Part shown: one piece after another, positions 40,486 through 54,732 of the stretch
How the letters are laid out: the number at the start of each line of letters is the position of its first letter
Numbering within the stretch: the stretch's first letter is position 1
NCBI GenBank assembly: GCA_964016885.1
Contig: OZ024740.1
Span: 85,126,001-85,190,000 of the forward strand
Source: Eledone cirrhosa
Lineage: Eukaryota
DNA: 64,000 bases
Direction: 5' to 3'
Position numbers and translations under genes: made by a program
The notes under the pieces: model-generated
Told to the model about the DNA's origin: nothing
The model's input: only the letters and a program-made list of their open reading frames with translations
Database searches by the model: none

Positions 40486-42067
40486 CATGCAGATATACAT
40501 ACATACATATATATATATACACACACATACACATTTACATATAAATATAATTATTGGGGGGGGGGATTAAATTTATTAGTGAGAAATAATAAATATATAT
40601 AGATTTCAAGGAACATAGAGTCTTAACCTGAAGTTAAAGCATTATATATGTTTACTTAATGGTATCAGTTTTAGGAAATGATAGTTGTAAGAAGGAAAGC
40701 AAAATTATGTAGTTCATCAGTAGTAGAATATTAATTATAGGTTAACTAAATTAAAAACAGTTTATATATTAATTTCTAAAATGTATATTAATTAGGTTTA
40801 TAATATTTAAAGGTTTTTCTCAGTTTATGATTACACGATATTATTAATTCCTGTCGCTTATTTAATAGGATATCCTTAGATTTCATTATTTCAAAAAGTT
40901 CTTGGGAACATAATCTACATTCATATCTACTATTTTGATAAGGGGTGGCCCTTTTGAGCACACTCCAGGTCAGGTCATAATCTATATTCCTCTTTCTATA
41001 ACTATTAATTATTTCAGCTAGTGCGGCATTTTTAAAACTATGTTTGTGGGTATTAAATCTTATCTTAAATTTGTTAGAGGTAGCTCCTATATATGAATAA
41101 ATTGAGTCCTTAGTGTTAACTTTACATTTATATACTATGTTATTAACAAGGCAATTTCCTTTTAATGGACAGTTTGCCTTGTTTCTACAGTTACAACTTT
41201 TCGTGAATCCTGTATCTGAGGAGATATTATGGTTAGTTTGATGTACTGGTGGTATACTCATGTTTTTTTTTACATTTATATGCATTATAGGCACATATAT
41301 TTTGTTTTATGTTTTTGGTTGTTGAGTAGGAGAATTTAACCGTTGATCTATTTAAAATTTGATGGTATTTGTGGTTTGGCGGGAAGTTTTTCTCTAGGAT
41401 ATTAAAGAATTTTTTAGGTATATTATCTTTAATTTGTAAATTAAATGGAGCATTATACCAAGTAACTCATCTATTGCGGTTTCGATGTTGTTTATTGTTT
41501 TTATAGGATGCATCCTGATGTTTGTTAAGAGAATTATTGTTAATGACTTCACCACACACATTTTTAGTTAGATTTATTCATTTAGATGTTTTAGCTTGTT
41601 TATTAGGAGTTTTATTATTAACATTTATTAGAGTTGTAGGATGAGTAGTTTTTTGAGAGTTACTATACTGTATATTAGAAGAGTTAGAGAAATTTAGTTT
41701 TATCTTGGTGTTTTGGGGTATAGTGTGAGTGGCATTTAGGTGTGTATGTTTCATTTGGTGTTTGTTGGTAATATTAGGTTGTATGTTTGTAGTGTTATTG
41801 GTAGAAGGTATATATACTAATCTATTTTTGTGGCCACTTCTAGCTAGAGCTTCATTATAAAAGGTCGCATTTTTATCAAATACATCTTGGTTAGACGAAA
41901 GGTTAGAAATTCTAAGTGATATATTATATGCAAGGTTTTTAAGGATAGATTTAGGGTGATTAGATTGTGAGTGTATGTAGTGTAAATTTTGGTTGGGTTT
42001 ATGGTCAGGTTGGTAGATACCCGTAGATAAGTCTAATGTTATATCTAGGAAATTAACTACTTTAAAA
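39420..42067 (-). mobile_element. 5'-truncated Naiad-like Penelope element
   Basis: Minus strand VVNFLDITLDLSTGIY..KPNQ..YIHSQSNHP (41850-42066); ORF 40788..41294 has CNCRNKANCPLKGNC, IVYKC..YIG, CRLC, LLNKRQE..C.H. Confidence 0.88.
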
Positions 42068-42105
42068 CGACTAGAAATAGCAAACTACCCACCTTCTACC
42101 ACCTG

Positions 42106-43539
42106 GTGAAAACCCATAAACAAGGACCCGATTTGAAAATCAGGCCCATTGTCTCTAGCGTGGAGGGCCCACTTTACAAAATATCGTGGCTGCTCTCCAC
42201 ACTACTGAAACCTATTCTACACACACTACCAGCCCACGTCTGCAGCTCAAAGGAGGTCTTGGAGCGACTACACCATTTGGCGCCCAACACCAGAAAGGAC
42301 AACCGATATGCCTTCAGTCTTGATGTGGTCGCCCTTTATACCTCCGTACCAGCATCCCCAGCCGTCGACCTGTTAACCGAACGAGTCCGATCATCTAACT
42401 TACACTACTTCGGACTCACACACACGGACATCCACCAACTCCTCTCCTTCGTTGTGGATAATGCATTCTTTAATTTCCTCGGCCACACGTACAAACAGAT
42501 CTCTGGGCTACCTATGGGCTCTAGTCTGTCCGGCATACTTGCGATCTCGTACATGGACCACCTGGAATGCAAGGCACTCAACACCTGCCAACCCAACGCC
42601 GTCGCCTTCTACTCCAGATACGTTGATGACATACTGATACTTACTTCTTCCCGGGAGATGGCGAATGAAATTCACCAAATCTTTAACGACACTGACCATC
42701 ACGTCGATTTCACCATCGAACACCCCGAAGAAGACGGGTCACTCGCCCTCCTCGACTTCCGTATCAACATCTCGGAAGAAGGAGACATAAACACCACCTT
42801 CTACCGCAAGGCAGCGTGCAAGGACTTATTTGTGCATTACAACTCAGCCCTCCCCAACAACGCTAAGAGAGGCTATGTCCTAAATGAACTTATACGGATC
42901 ACTAATAGATGCAGCGACCCGATGGGTGGTCTCACCCATACCACGCAATTCCGTAATCTACTCAAGTCTAATGGATATCCCAAGCGACTGATTAACGGAA
43001 TTAGAGACTCCAGACCCAATAGACAGACACCCACTAGAAACTTAGATAAATACAAGTGCTTCTTTAAAATCCCTCACCTGAGTGAATATACCACGAACGC
43101 CATCCGCAGGGCTATACGGAGGGAGGGACTTGATATACATTTGGCCCACACAGGACCTTCGCTCCGAAGATGCCTCTCCACCAAACCCGACGAGTCTGAT
43201 GGGACGTGTTCCCTCAGCAACTGCCCGATACGGGGTGCAGATTGCCTACGCACCTATGTCGTATATAAGATTCAATGCGATAAATGTAACAAGTTTTACA
43301 TAGGTAGCACCATCCGACCCCTACATGTTCGTATCAAGGAACATGTCAACACCAACGCATCTTCCTTCCGTAAACACATCCTTAAATGCGGAAACCCACA
43401 GGGCAGACCCTTGGTCACAGTCCTAGCGACTGAACGCAGCATCGGATCCTTAAGGATAAAGGAAGCATTTGTTATTAAGAACCTCAGAACCCCACTTAAC
43501 AACCGGGCTAAGAGAAATGAACTGACATGGCTAATCTAA
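42106..43539 (+). pseudogene. 5'-truncated PLE RT-GIY-YIG ORF
   Basis: KTHK, RPIVS, SLDVVALY, GLPMGSSLSG, RYVDD, VVY..C..C..YIGST.R.L..RIKEH. Confidence 0.9.
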
Positions 43540-43983
43540 CCATAGTGACGAGTAACAGCCCCTACGGCCTACTATCTTTCACACACACGCACTTATATGT
43601 ATACCCATACACATACACATACACACACACGCATCTATATTTATCCACGCACACATGTTTATACAACCTACCACCTTTCACATCCTTTGAATTCCAACTT
43701 CTACGGCCCACTATCTTTCACACACACACACTCACATACATACACACACACACATATACACACACAGTTACACACACATATATATTTACACACACATACT
43801 TTACGGCTTTCACGTGCTATCGCACCCTATTGATCTAACCCAATTGGTCAGTAGCTTTTGCCACAGCCTATCACGCGCACTCTTTCCCTCGTTTGAATTT
43901 TCCCCATAACGGCATTCCTATGTTTTAACAACATTACAACAACTTTCTCCGGCTTAGCCTGTTCCCCCCCTTTTGGAACTCTC

Positions 43984-44018
43984 TCCCCGTTGATGGGCGT
44001 GAGCCCGAAATATTGGGA
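43984..44018 (+). ncRNA. Variant minimal HHR in the pLTR (second copy 47255-47291)
   Basis: TCC-CCGTTGA-T-GGGC gtga GCCC-GAAA-TA-TT-GGGA. Confidence 0.55.
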
Positions 44019-44170
44019 TTAAATCTCCACTACGGTAATCCTTCTACCTTTGTTTTGTTTTCGTTTCTCTCATTTTTCACTTTTCTCCTATTTCTTACTC
44101 ACTTCCTACCTCGAGATTTCCCATCTGCATTGTTGTGGCTTTCTAAACTACATATTTTACATATTTCACA

Positions 44171-46810
44171 ATGCTTCAAGCAAACTTTAACACCCTCTTA
44201 TCATTACACCTGAGCCAGGACTTGTTTGCACCCATAAGGGACTTATTCAGACTATCGGAGAATCGTGCCAAACTCGGTTGCCAAATTACTTTCTTAAAAC
44301 GCTGCCTAAAGAACAACATCATTCCAACCACCACCAGGAGTATACATTTACCCGAATATTTACGATTACCATCCTTCGAAAACACCATCCGCCACATTCA
44401 ACCCACGTGTATCAAGAAAATACTACGACATAACCACCATCAACTGCGACTCCATATACAAACGCTCTCCGAGCACATAGATCGTATAGCTCCAACCCTC
44501 ACCCCTGACCAACAGGTCCAGAAAATACGTGAAGCTATCGATCAGTGTTACCACACCAGAGTCAAATACGATAAACAGCGCCTTATACGGAAATACGAAT
44601 GGACTGTAAACAAATACTACAATGACAACATCCGCTCCCACAGACGGACCGACTACAACCACACCAGGGGCAACAGCGATACAACACCCTCCGCTACACC
44701 CCCCAACAGCGATCTACCTACCAACGATGCTTCACACCTCGTTACCGACCTAACCGGTACCCTCACCAACGACGAACTCGAACTCCTGCGCCTCGGACCC
44801 AAGTTCATCATTACACAGCGTCTCGATGATAGACTGAAACTCGACATTGAAACCAACTTCTGTCGGACAGCGTATCAACTAAAATGGCTAACCGCCATCC
44901 AAAACAACACCGAGATCGATTACAACCCCACAACCCACCCCACACTCCCCACGTACCACCTCGACAACCCACTCCACCCCCCACCCACCAGCCACTAACT
45001 TGACACTAAACTACTCAGGTTGAAACATTCTATCTCTAACATCCTTTCCCAACACACACACACACACAATAAACGAAACCTCACCAATGCACAATTTAAC
45101 ACTCTCACCAACCTAAGATCCATGAACCTTGTTTACCTTCCCTCTGACAAGGGGAAAGAATTCTGTGTCATCTCGAGAGAGACCTACAACAACTTAGCTC
45201 TCCAACATCTTAATGACGACAGCCTCTACTCGAAAGTCACAGGGACCTCCTCGACTCTAATCGAGGAAGGCATTAACATCATATGGACTAACATCTGTGT
45301 CCAACGACAACTGCCAAAGAAGGTAAAAAATAACATAACGACTAGAAACAGCAAACTACCCACCTTCTACCACCTGGTGAAAACCCATAAACAAGGACCC
45401 GATTTGAAAATCAGGCCCATTGTCTCTAGCGTGGAGGGCCCACTTTACAAAATATCGTGGCTGCTCTCCACACTACTGAAACCCATTCTACACACACTAC
45501 CAGCCCACGTCTGCAGCTCAAAGGAGGTCTTGGAGCGACTACACCATTTGGCGCCCAACACCAGAAAGGACAACGGATATGCCTTCAGTCTTGATGTGGT
45601 CGCCCTTTATATCTCCGTACCAGCATCCCCAGCCGTCGACTTGTTAACCGAACGAGTCCGAGCATCTAACTTACACTACTTCGGACTCACACACACGGAC
45701 ATCCACCAACTCCTCTCCTTCGTTGTGGATAATGCATTCTTTAATTTCCTCGGCCACACGTACAAACAGATCTCTGGGCTACCTATGGGCTCTAGTCTGT
45801 CCGGCATACTTGCGATCTCGTACATGGACCACCTGGAACGCAAGGCACTCAACACCTGCCAACCCAACGCCGTCGCCTTCTACTCCAGATACGTTGATGA
45901 CATACTGATACTCACTTCTTCCCGGGAGATGGCGAATGAAATTCACCAAATCTTTAACGACACTGACCATCACGTCGATTTCACCATCGAGCATCCTGAA
46001 GAAGACGGGTCACTCGCCCTCCTCGACTTCCGTATCAACATCTCGGAAGAAGGAGACATAAACACCACCTTCTACCGCAAGGCAGCGTGCAAGGACTTAT
46101 TTGTGCATTACAACTCAGCCCTCCCCAACAACGCTAAGAGAGGCTATGTCCTAAATGAACTTATACGGATCACTAATAGATGCAGCGACCCGATGGGTGG
46201 TCTCACCCATACCACGCAATTCCGTAATCTACTCAAGTCTAATGGATATCCCAAGCGACTGATTAACGGAATTAGAGACCCCAGACCCAATAGACAGACA
46301 CCCATTAGAAACTTAGATAAAAACATGTGCTTCTTTAAAATCCCTCACCTGAGTGAATATACCACGAACGCCATCCGCAGGGCCATACGGAGGGAGGGAC
46401 TTGATATACATTTGGCCCACACAGGACCTTCGCTCCGAAGATGCCTCTCCACCAAACCCGACGAGTCAGATGGGACGTGTTCCCTCAGCAACTGCCCGAT
46501 ACGGGGGGCAGATTGCCTACGCACCTATGTCGTATATAAGATTCAATGCGATAAATGTAACAAGTTTTACATAGGTAGCACCATCCGACCCCTACATGTT
46601 CGTATCAAGGAACATGTCAACACCAACGCATCTTCCTTCCGTAAACACATCCTTAAATGCGGAAACCCACAGGGCAGACCCTTGGTCACAGTCCTAGCGA
46701 CTGAACGCAGCATCGGATCCTTAAGGATAAAGGAAGCATTTGTTATTAAGAACCTCAGAACCCCACTTAACAACCGGGCTAAGAGAAATGAACTGACATG
46801 GCTAATCTAA
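44171..46810 (+). pseudogene. Full-length Penelope RT-GIY-YIG ORF (~880 codons) with one in-frame TAA (44996-44998)
   Basis: ORFs 44171..44998 and 45020..46810 share a frame (offset 849). PLE N-terminal FLKRCL..NIIP, LLRLGPKF, SDKG, then RT and GIY-YIG motifs. Confidence 0.9.
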
Positions 46811-47430
46811 CCATAGTGACCAGTAACAGCCCCTACGGCCTACTATCTTTCACACACACGCACTTATATGTATACCCATACAGATACACACACACACACA
46901 CACATCTATATTTATACACGCACACATGTTTATACAACCTACTACCTTTCACACCCTTTGGATTCCAGCTTCTACGGCCCACTATCTTTCACACACACAC
47001 ACTCACATACATACACACACACACATATACACACACAGTTACACACACATATATATTTACACACACATATTTTACGGCTTTCACGCGCTAGCGCACCCTA
47101 TTGATCTAACCCAATTGGTCAGTAGCTTTTGCCACAGCCTATCACGCGCACTCTTTCCCTCGTTTGAATTTTCCCCATAACGGCATTCCTATGTTTTAAC
47201 GACATTACAACAACTTTCTCCGGCTTAGCCTGTTCCCCCCCCCTTTTGGAACTTTCCCCCCGTTGATGGGCGTGAGCCCGAAATATTGGGATTAAATCTC
47301 CACTACGGTAATCCTTCTACCTTTGTTTTGTTTTCGTTTCTCTCATTTTTCACTTTTCTCCTATTTCTTACTCACTTCCTACCTCGAGATTTCCCATCTG
47401 CATTGTCGTGGCTTTCTAAACTACATATTT

Positions 47431-47465
<35 letters not shown>

Positions 47466-47480
47466 GTATATATATATTTA

Positions 47481-48182
47481 TAACTAGCAGTGTATCCCGG
47501 CGTTGCACGGGTAAGAACATTGGTAATAGCACCTCCAATGAGAAACGTTTATTTGTGAGTGCCTGTTAAAAACTCACGAAAATATACCTACAGGAAACTT
47601 GTTTTATTTGGAGACAATTAAGAAGTGGAAAGTACAGTTTAGCTGTCTACGTGCATTGTTCATAGAAATATTGTTGAGCCCTTTCTTTTCATACTCCTCT
47701 GTTTTGGCCTAGTGGAGTAAATGAGAAAGAGAAAGTCACAGGTTAAGTTGGCAGAAGGTTCCAGTGTCATAGCAGTAAGGCGTAGGCTACTTACCTTCAA
47801 AGTTCATTCGCACTCTTTCCACTAAGTTACTCTTTCTCTCTATCCCTCTCGGTGCAGTCCCTTGCGAATTTTTCGCGTAGGCCTGGTGTAGATTTGCACC
47901 CGATCCATCTGCCCGATGCACATGTTCGCTTTGTACGGCTTTTGGAGGAAGGAGTGACCAGCAGTACGTTGTTCGGTATTATTACGAAAAGGTGTAGCAG
48001 AGATTCCCGCGTGAACTAACAGCTCGGGAGGAAACTGCTTACCTCGAAGATTCATTTGCCATCGTTCTTGTCAACGCTCTGTTTAGTTGGTATTTGTTGG
48101 TCTACAGTTAGATGAATGGCGCACAAAGGGTTAATGTTTATTGGCAAGAAGTGGCAACTGGGCTGGCTTGCCTCGCTTATAT
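47481..48182. mobile_element. Possible Helitron-like non-autonomous element
   Basis: Terminus TAACTAGCAGTGTATCCCGGCGTTGCACGGG (ACTAG plus GC-rich hairpin) next to (TA)n; the other end is uncertain. Confidence 0.4.
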
Positions 48183-48715
48183 TATATATTAAAATAACAG
48201 ATTAAAGTTTAAGCAAAGAATCGTTGCTTTCACCCTTAACGGGATCTTCTGAAACTAAAAAAATCAATCTGTGAACGCAGAAGTAAATATTTCGAAAAAC
48301 GTTGCAACCGAAGGAAAACAGGAAGACGATACTCTGGTTCGTGAAGACGTTCCCTGGCAATGAACGGAAAATAGCGAACATAATACGTCATCAATGTTTG
48401 TCATAATGTCGCAATGCAGACAGCCAGGCATACAGACAGATAGTATAAGGGCGCGACGGAGATAGATAACCGGCGCCTAACACCCCTTTAACAACAGAAA
48501 ATTGAAAAATAAAAGCTGCAGTTAATATCTTTAGACCGCAAGGAATATATAAATGCAAGTTTGAAGTCAATCGGAGTAGAAATGGGGATTTGTATAGACT
48601 TTGCAAAAATGAGGACACAGACAACCACAGTTTTATATATATGTATAGATGTTTGCCAGTAAGTGGTTTGAACTAAGTAAAGAGCACACATTGAGTGCTC
48701 AATGTGATTAGCTTA

Positions 48716-48762
<47 letters not shown>

Positions 48763-48997
48763 GAATCTACTATTATTTCAAGTTTCACGCCTAAAAAAAC
48801 GGCGGTCATCGTATTACGTAACATCAAACAACATACTGAATATCTTCCAAAACATTATTCGCTCTATACACCTCTTCGGTGCGAAATTTTATGAAATAGA
48901 AGAGGAGCCAAATTTCTTTCTTTCTTCCTTCTCCCTCTTTTACTTTCTCCTCCCCCCTCCTCTCTCTTTCTCTCTCTATATACATATAGTTCGGATC

Positions 48998-49073
48998 TAG
49001 CTGTCGAAACGGCCGGAGCTCAGCCGTCGGGCTGCTGACTCTTTTCCTATTTCTTATATATATGTATACATCA

Positions 49074-49118
<45 letters not shown>

Positions 49119-49300
49119 CCCCCCCTCTCTCTCTCTCTCAGTCTCTCCCCCTCTCTCTCGCTCTCTCTCTCTCAGTCTATCTCTCTCTCTCTATATATAT
49201 ACATATTATAAAGAGTCGGAGCCCCGACGGCTGAGCTCTTGCCGTTTCAACAGCTAACTCCTAACTGATTGCCGAAGGTCTTGACTGTATCATCAGTGGA
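48998..49300. repeat. Tail-to-tail inverted repeat around (CT)n with a degenerate HHR (49236-49300 minus)
   Basis: AGCTGTCGAAACGGCCGGAGCTCAGCCGTCGGG inverted at 49222-49256; minus strand CTGATGA-tACAG...CTGTt-GAAA-CGGC. Confidence 0.6.
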
Positions 49301-49626
49301 TGTGGTCTTTCTAAATATACATACATACACACACCAAATATATATATATAACCCAAGAAGCTAGATTTACCATCTTTCTAGCGGATCCGGGTATGCTTTT
49401 TACATTCATTTGATTTATTGATTTATTGATATTTTTTCTGAGTGTCCCGAATCTTCCAGATCGCAATTTTTCGGTCGTACGGTTGATTATAGACTTGTTC
49501 TATGTGTGACGGTATTTTAACGATAGTTATAGCTCTGATTTATCTGAATTATTGAGCCCTCTGCCGCTCATTTCGAATTTTGTTTATCGTGAACTCGTGC
49601 GCCGATTTTTCGATACTCGATTATTC

Positions 49627-49675
<49 letters not shown>

Positions 49676-49737
49676 ACTTTCTTTCCTCTTTTCCATATAA
49701 AGCTTGAAAAATACTTTTTATGCCTCTATTTATACTT

Positions 49738-49859
<122 letters not shown>

Positions 49860-50657
49860 GTGCATGTTAGTATTAATAGTAGTATATCAAGTTATATTGT
49901 AGGGTATATATATTGGTGTTTTAAGCGATAAACTATTGGAAAAGAAATATAAAAAAAACAAATTCTACTTTGAACAAACAGTATATAAAGTTAGTTTACG
50001 AGTTGACAGACACATATCAAATAAATGGAAACTTGACGTGTTTCCCGTTTTGTATCAAATGGAAAGATAGGTGACTTTTTTTCTCTGGTTTTATCATCAA
50101 ATTTGATAGTTTTTTGAGCGGAACGAAATTTACAGAATCTAATGGTTTTTAGACTTGTAATAAATCTAAACGAAAATATTACTTTCACTGCTTAAGGTGT
50201 TGTCTTGATTCAATGATGTATCGTACTACTAATCGAAGGACTCTAGAGTTTTTAATCTAGTCTCTCATTGACCATGCGTTGTGGTGCCCATGACTAATAT
50301 GTTAGATCCTGTGTCGATTCCGACGACGAGTGTTCCAGTTGTATAAACAACGGAACAGCTTGTTACCGACATTAATATAGGTACAAGTTGCTGAATATTC
50401 TACAAACACATGTACCCTTAAAGCTCATAGAGATTCAGGGTAACAGAAGGTGGGAAAGGGCTGTTATTTTTTTCCTTTTTGAATTACAGATAAAACTCCT
50501 TTTTGCCAACTGTGGATTGGAGCAACGTGAAATAATAAATTTTTCTCAAGGACACAACGTGCTGCTGGGAATGGAACCCATGGTCTTACGATAGTGAGCC
50601 GAACACCCTAACCACTAAGTGGTGTTTTTATACTCAATATTTTAAATGGTACAGTCA

Positions 50658-50875
50658 AAGCTGGATTAACCAGTAAGCAAAATAAACATACGCTTAGAGT
50701 AACAAGGGAAGAAGGGCACAGTTATATTTAAATTTAATGTATTTGTCGTAAAAAAACCCCCCAAATTAAAAATAAAATGAAGGAATATATTTTTGCAGAC
50801 TTTATATGGGTGGGAGGTGGAGTAATATAATCCTTTAAGTACTTAGGGCTTCAACAGAAATTAATCCGACCCTGA
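50658..50875. mobile_element. Putative MITE; related inverted copy at ~59615-59801
   Basis: Termini GCTGGATTAA / TTAATCCGACCCT; shared TAAGCAAAAT and TAAGTACTTA. Confidence 0.55.
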
Positions 50876-51924
50876 GTACAGTCGATCTAACTGTAACTAG
50901 GTATACGTCTCAGCGTTGTGAATTGCTCGGGGTGTTGTATCATTGACAAGCAGCTTGAAGTCAAATCCCTCCGACGTGTCTTCTGGAGAAAATAAAAGTT
51001 TTCTCTGCCTAGTAAGAAAATATTAAACTCTAGCTGTATAGCTGTATAGAGTCCAACAGAAGAAGAAGAAGAAGAAGACTGAACGTGACATGATAGAATG
51101 GTTAAAGAAGCTTGCTTCACAATCATTTGGTTCTGGGTTCGATTCCACGGCGTAGCATCTTGGCCAGGTGTCATTTACTATAGCCTCATGTCGCCCAATA
51201 TATATGAGTGAAATTGGAAAACGGAAACCATTTGGAAGTCTCTCGAATAGACCGTACCTGTAATTCAAAGAGCCAACATTGCCACACATTGTGTCATGCT
51301 GAATTTCTCAGAGATGTACGTTAACAGTACACATGTCTATGGAATACTCAGCCACTTATACGTCAATTTCCTGAGCTGGCTGACTGCTCAGTTAACCGAA
51401 CAACAGGAATACTCATCGTCGAAAAGGGCGGGCGTCTATTCTAGTACAGTACTACTATTAAGGTGTTATATTGTTAGAAGGCTGAATAGCAACGAATGTA
51501 GATAGAGTTTTGTATAGAGTTTTCCTGTTTGCTCAATAGCTACTTCATTTTGATGACATATCTATTATGATGTCATCGTCAATCGACTGAATAATTTACT
51601 TGTCGCTGTTGTCAGGATTATTACGTTGTCGATTGGAAGAGTAGCAACTTGATGTCTATGTATTCAAGAAACATTGGTACTATTATCGGCTGAATAGCAA
51701 GTAACATGATGTAACTATGACAATGTTACTAATGTAAAAGAGTTGTTCACCCGTCGACGTTAAGAGCTACTTCGTGTTCGTATCATGATACGAAATTGCG
51801 AATTGGATGAATAACATATTAAGATGACAGTTATTAATTCAGTTGTTTTGTATAAATTTAGTATAATTATTATGCAGTCTTCTTGTCCGAGAGCTAAATA
51901 GCAAGTAAAATAAATGTTATTAAT

Positions 51925-52800
51925 TTTGCCTTTTAGCCTTCGGAGATCGATAAAATAAAGTGACAGTTAATTACTGACTGCGTCGAATTAATCAACTATC
52001 TCTGTCTCCTCAAAATTGCTGGCCTTGTGCCTAAATTAGAAATTATATAGGGTGGTGGATTGGTAGAATCGTTAGAGCGTCGGACAAAATGTTTTGTGGT
52101 ATTTATGCCGGTTCTTTACATTCTGAACTGAAATTCCTAGATGTCAATTTAATCTTTCATCCATCAGGTTCGATAAGATAAAGTACTAGTTATGTACCTG
52201 GATAGATTTAATCGATTTACCTCAACCCCAAATTGCTGACCATATGCTAATGCTAAAAAGACTTATATAGATTTTTCCTGTCTACTCATTAGTATATTGC
52301 CGAACAGTCGAATAAACTGATGTAATTTATATAGTCTCAGATTTCTCTACTTTCACTCACAAGGCAACATACCCAAGATGCCACGCACTGGGGTTGAAAC
52401 GGGAGCTAATGATTGCAAAGCGAACTTCTTAACCAGTCGACCGTGTTGCGCCCAGCAATAGTAATAATACTATGTTTATGCTATGTATATATGAACCCGT
52501 AACCCATGATGGAGTCGTAGGGGCGCCACAATGACATACGGCGTTTCTAGGGTACTTTTAAAACCTGACAGAGCTCATCTCCTCTCAGGTCTGAATTCTT
52601 CCAGAAAAGGGTCGAAAGTGAGAAACAGATATAAAAGAAGACTCAACACTAGTACTAGACTGGTACTTTTTTCATCGACCTCAAAAGGATGAAAGGTAAA
52701 GTTGACCTCCGTGGGATTTGAACTCAGAGAACAGAGAGCCGAAACGAATACTGCAAAGCATTCTATCCGACATTCTGACGACTCTGCCAATTCGCCGCCT
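51925..52800. mobile_element. Degenerate SINEs (51925-52045 plus, 52050-52260 plus, 52345-52455 minus, 52640-52800 minus)
   Basis: Recognisable A/B boxes and core segments. Confidence 0.7.
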
Positions 52801-53269
52801 ATCTTTATGCTATACAATTGATTAAATAATTGACATCTTTATGGTAACATTAATATGATATTCAGCCGATTCACGACTTGATATCATGATAGGAATCTGA
52901 AGTAGATATTAAACTCGACATTAATAGTAACATCATACGGATTACTGCTATTCAACCGATTGGTGAATGACTTCATGATAATACTAAAATGTTGTTATTC
53001 AACAGATTGAGTAACTGACGTCTATATTTAGACCTGAAGATGCTATTCTTCCGATTGACAACTTAATTGTCGTGACGGCAGCAACAAGTAGCTAGTCAGT
53101 CTATTGAAGATATGGCATTATAATAGATATGACATCATATTATATATGATATCATAGTTGATATTACATCATAGTGTATATGACATCATAACAAATTTTA
53201 CATCAGGACGGCAATGATTGTAGAAATATTAGCAAGTTATAAATAAATCATGACGATTGGTATTCTATA

Positions 53270-53500
53270 TAATAATTTCTACTTTTGGCACAAGGCCAGC
53301 AATTATCCCAGTTCATTACTGGTACTTTATTTTATCGACCCCATAAGGATGGAAAGCAAAGGTAAGCTCGAAGTTAGCTTTGCCTTTCATCCTTACATGG
53401 TCGATAAAATATAGTACCAGTAACGCACTGGGATCGATTTAATCGTTTTACCCCCTTTCCTTCAAATTACTGGCTTTGTGCCAAATGTAGAAACTATTAA
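53270..53500. mobile_element. Two 5'-truncated SINEs fused head-to-head
   Basis: Minus copy 53270-53365 and plus copy 53370-53500, both beginning just before the core. Confidence 0.8.
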
Positions 53501-54509
53501 TGCCAAAAATCAACGTTTTCTGTCAATAGTGTTGCCTGTCTGTTTGTCTGCCTGTTTGTTGAAATGTCCGTCTGTCTGTCTATCTATCTTTCTATCACAC
53601 ACTCATTCACACTCTATCTATCACTGGGTAAAGGGATGACCATGAGATTTGCACCTAGAAAGTTCACCATCGAGGCACAAGGTGAACTGCCCGAGTAAGG
53701 TGTGTTGTGGAAGACTAATTGTAGCCCAAGCATACCTGTCTCCATTCTACACGTCTGAGAATGGAACTTACACCATACACACACACATATATATATAAAG
53801 ATCTAATAGTTTGTTTGAAGCATTGTAAAATATGAAACTGAAAGGTAGGTATGTGTGTTTCGAAAGCCGCACAGTGCAAGATTGCCATGGTAACACGTCA
53901 GAAGGGAATTGAGAAAGAAAGCAAAAGCGGGAGAAGAAAAACAAAAGTAGAGGAAGAATGATTGAAATTTATCTTAGCAATTTCGGAAGGAAGTCTCGGT
54001 CTTTTCTGAACCGCCCCCTATGGAACCCTTTGATAATGGATGGTTAATCTGAATAATTTTGGGAATATTAAATTGCTAAGGTAACTTTTAATCATTTAAT
54101 CATTTTTCTTCTATTTTCCTTCTACTTTTGTTTTCTCCCTCAATTCCCTTCTGATTTCTTACCTTGGATATCCAACCCACTTGCACTGTATGGCTTTCTA
54201 AACACACACGTTCACTTTTCAGTTTCGTACACACACACACATACATGCATACAAACATACACACATGCATACACACACACGCGCATATACACACACACAC
54301 ACATATATATATTATACACACACACACATATATATATACACACACGCCATAGTAATACTAGCCCCCAAATTCCACGAAACATATATGTCTATTCTCCCCT
54401 ACATTTATTTTTTCCCCTTTCGGCGTTACCATATTCCCAATTTCGGCGTTACCATATTCCCAATTTGCCTGTACTGTGTCCTGATCTGTTTGAAGTCGTA
54501 ATACGTAGG

Positions 54510-54732
54510 GTAGTAGATTGGCAGTACCGGTAGAATGTCGGACAACATGCTTTGCGGCATATGTTTACAGCCCTTTCCGTTCCGAGTTTAAATCCCGCTG
54601 AGTTTAGCTTCGCCTTTCTTCCTTATAGGGTAAATAAAATAAAGCATCATTAACGCATTGGGGTCGATTTAATAGATTTTCCCCTTTCCTTTAAATTGCT
54701 GGCATTGTGCCAAACGTAGAAACAATTATTAT
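54510..54732 (+). mobile_element. tRNA-derived SINE
   Basis: TGGCAGTACCGG, GAGTTTAAATCC, core and tail. Confidence 0.8.

Larger units (their letters stand above)
42068..47432 (+). mobile_element. Penelope/Poseidon-type element in partial tandem: truncated copy, pLTR (43540-44160), full ORF, pLTR (46811-47432)
   Basis: 42068-44160 is nearly identical to 45339-47432; ends in (TA)n. Confidence 0.95.

Noticed and set aside
47840-48135. piggyBac-like hints (LTVD peptide, AAAGGGTTAA)
   Set aside because: No continuing transposase similarity and no matching second terminus nearby.
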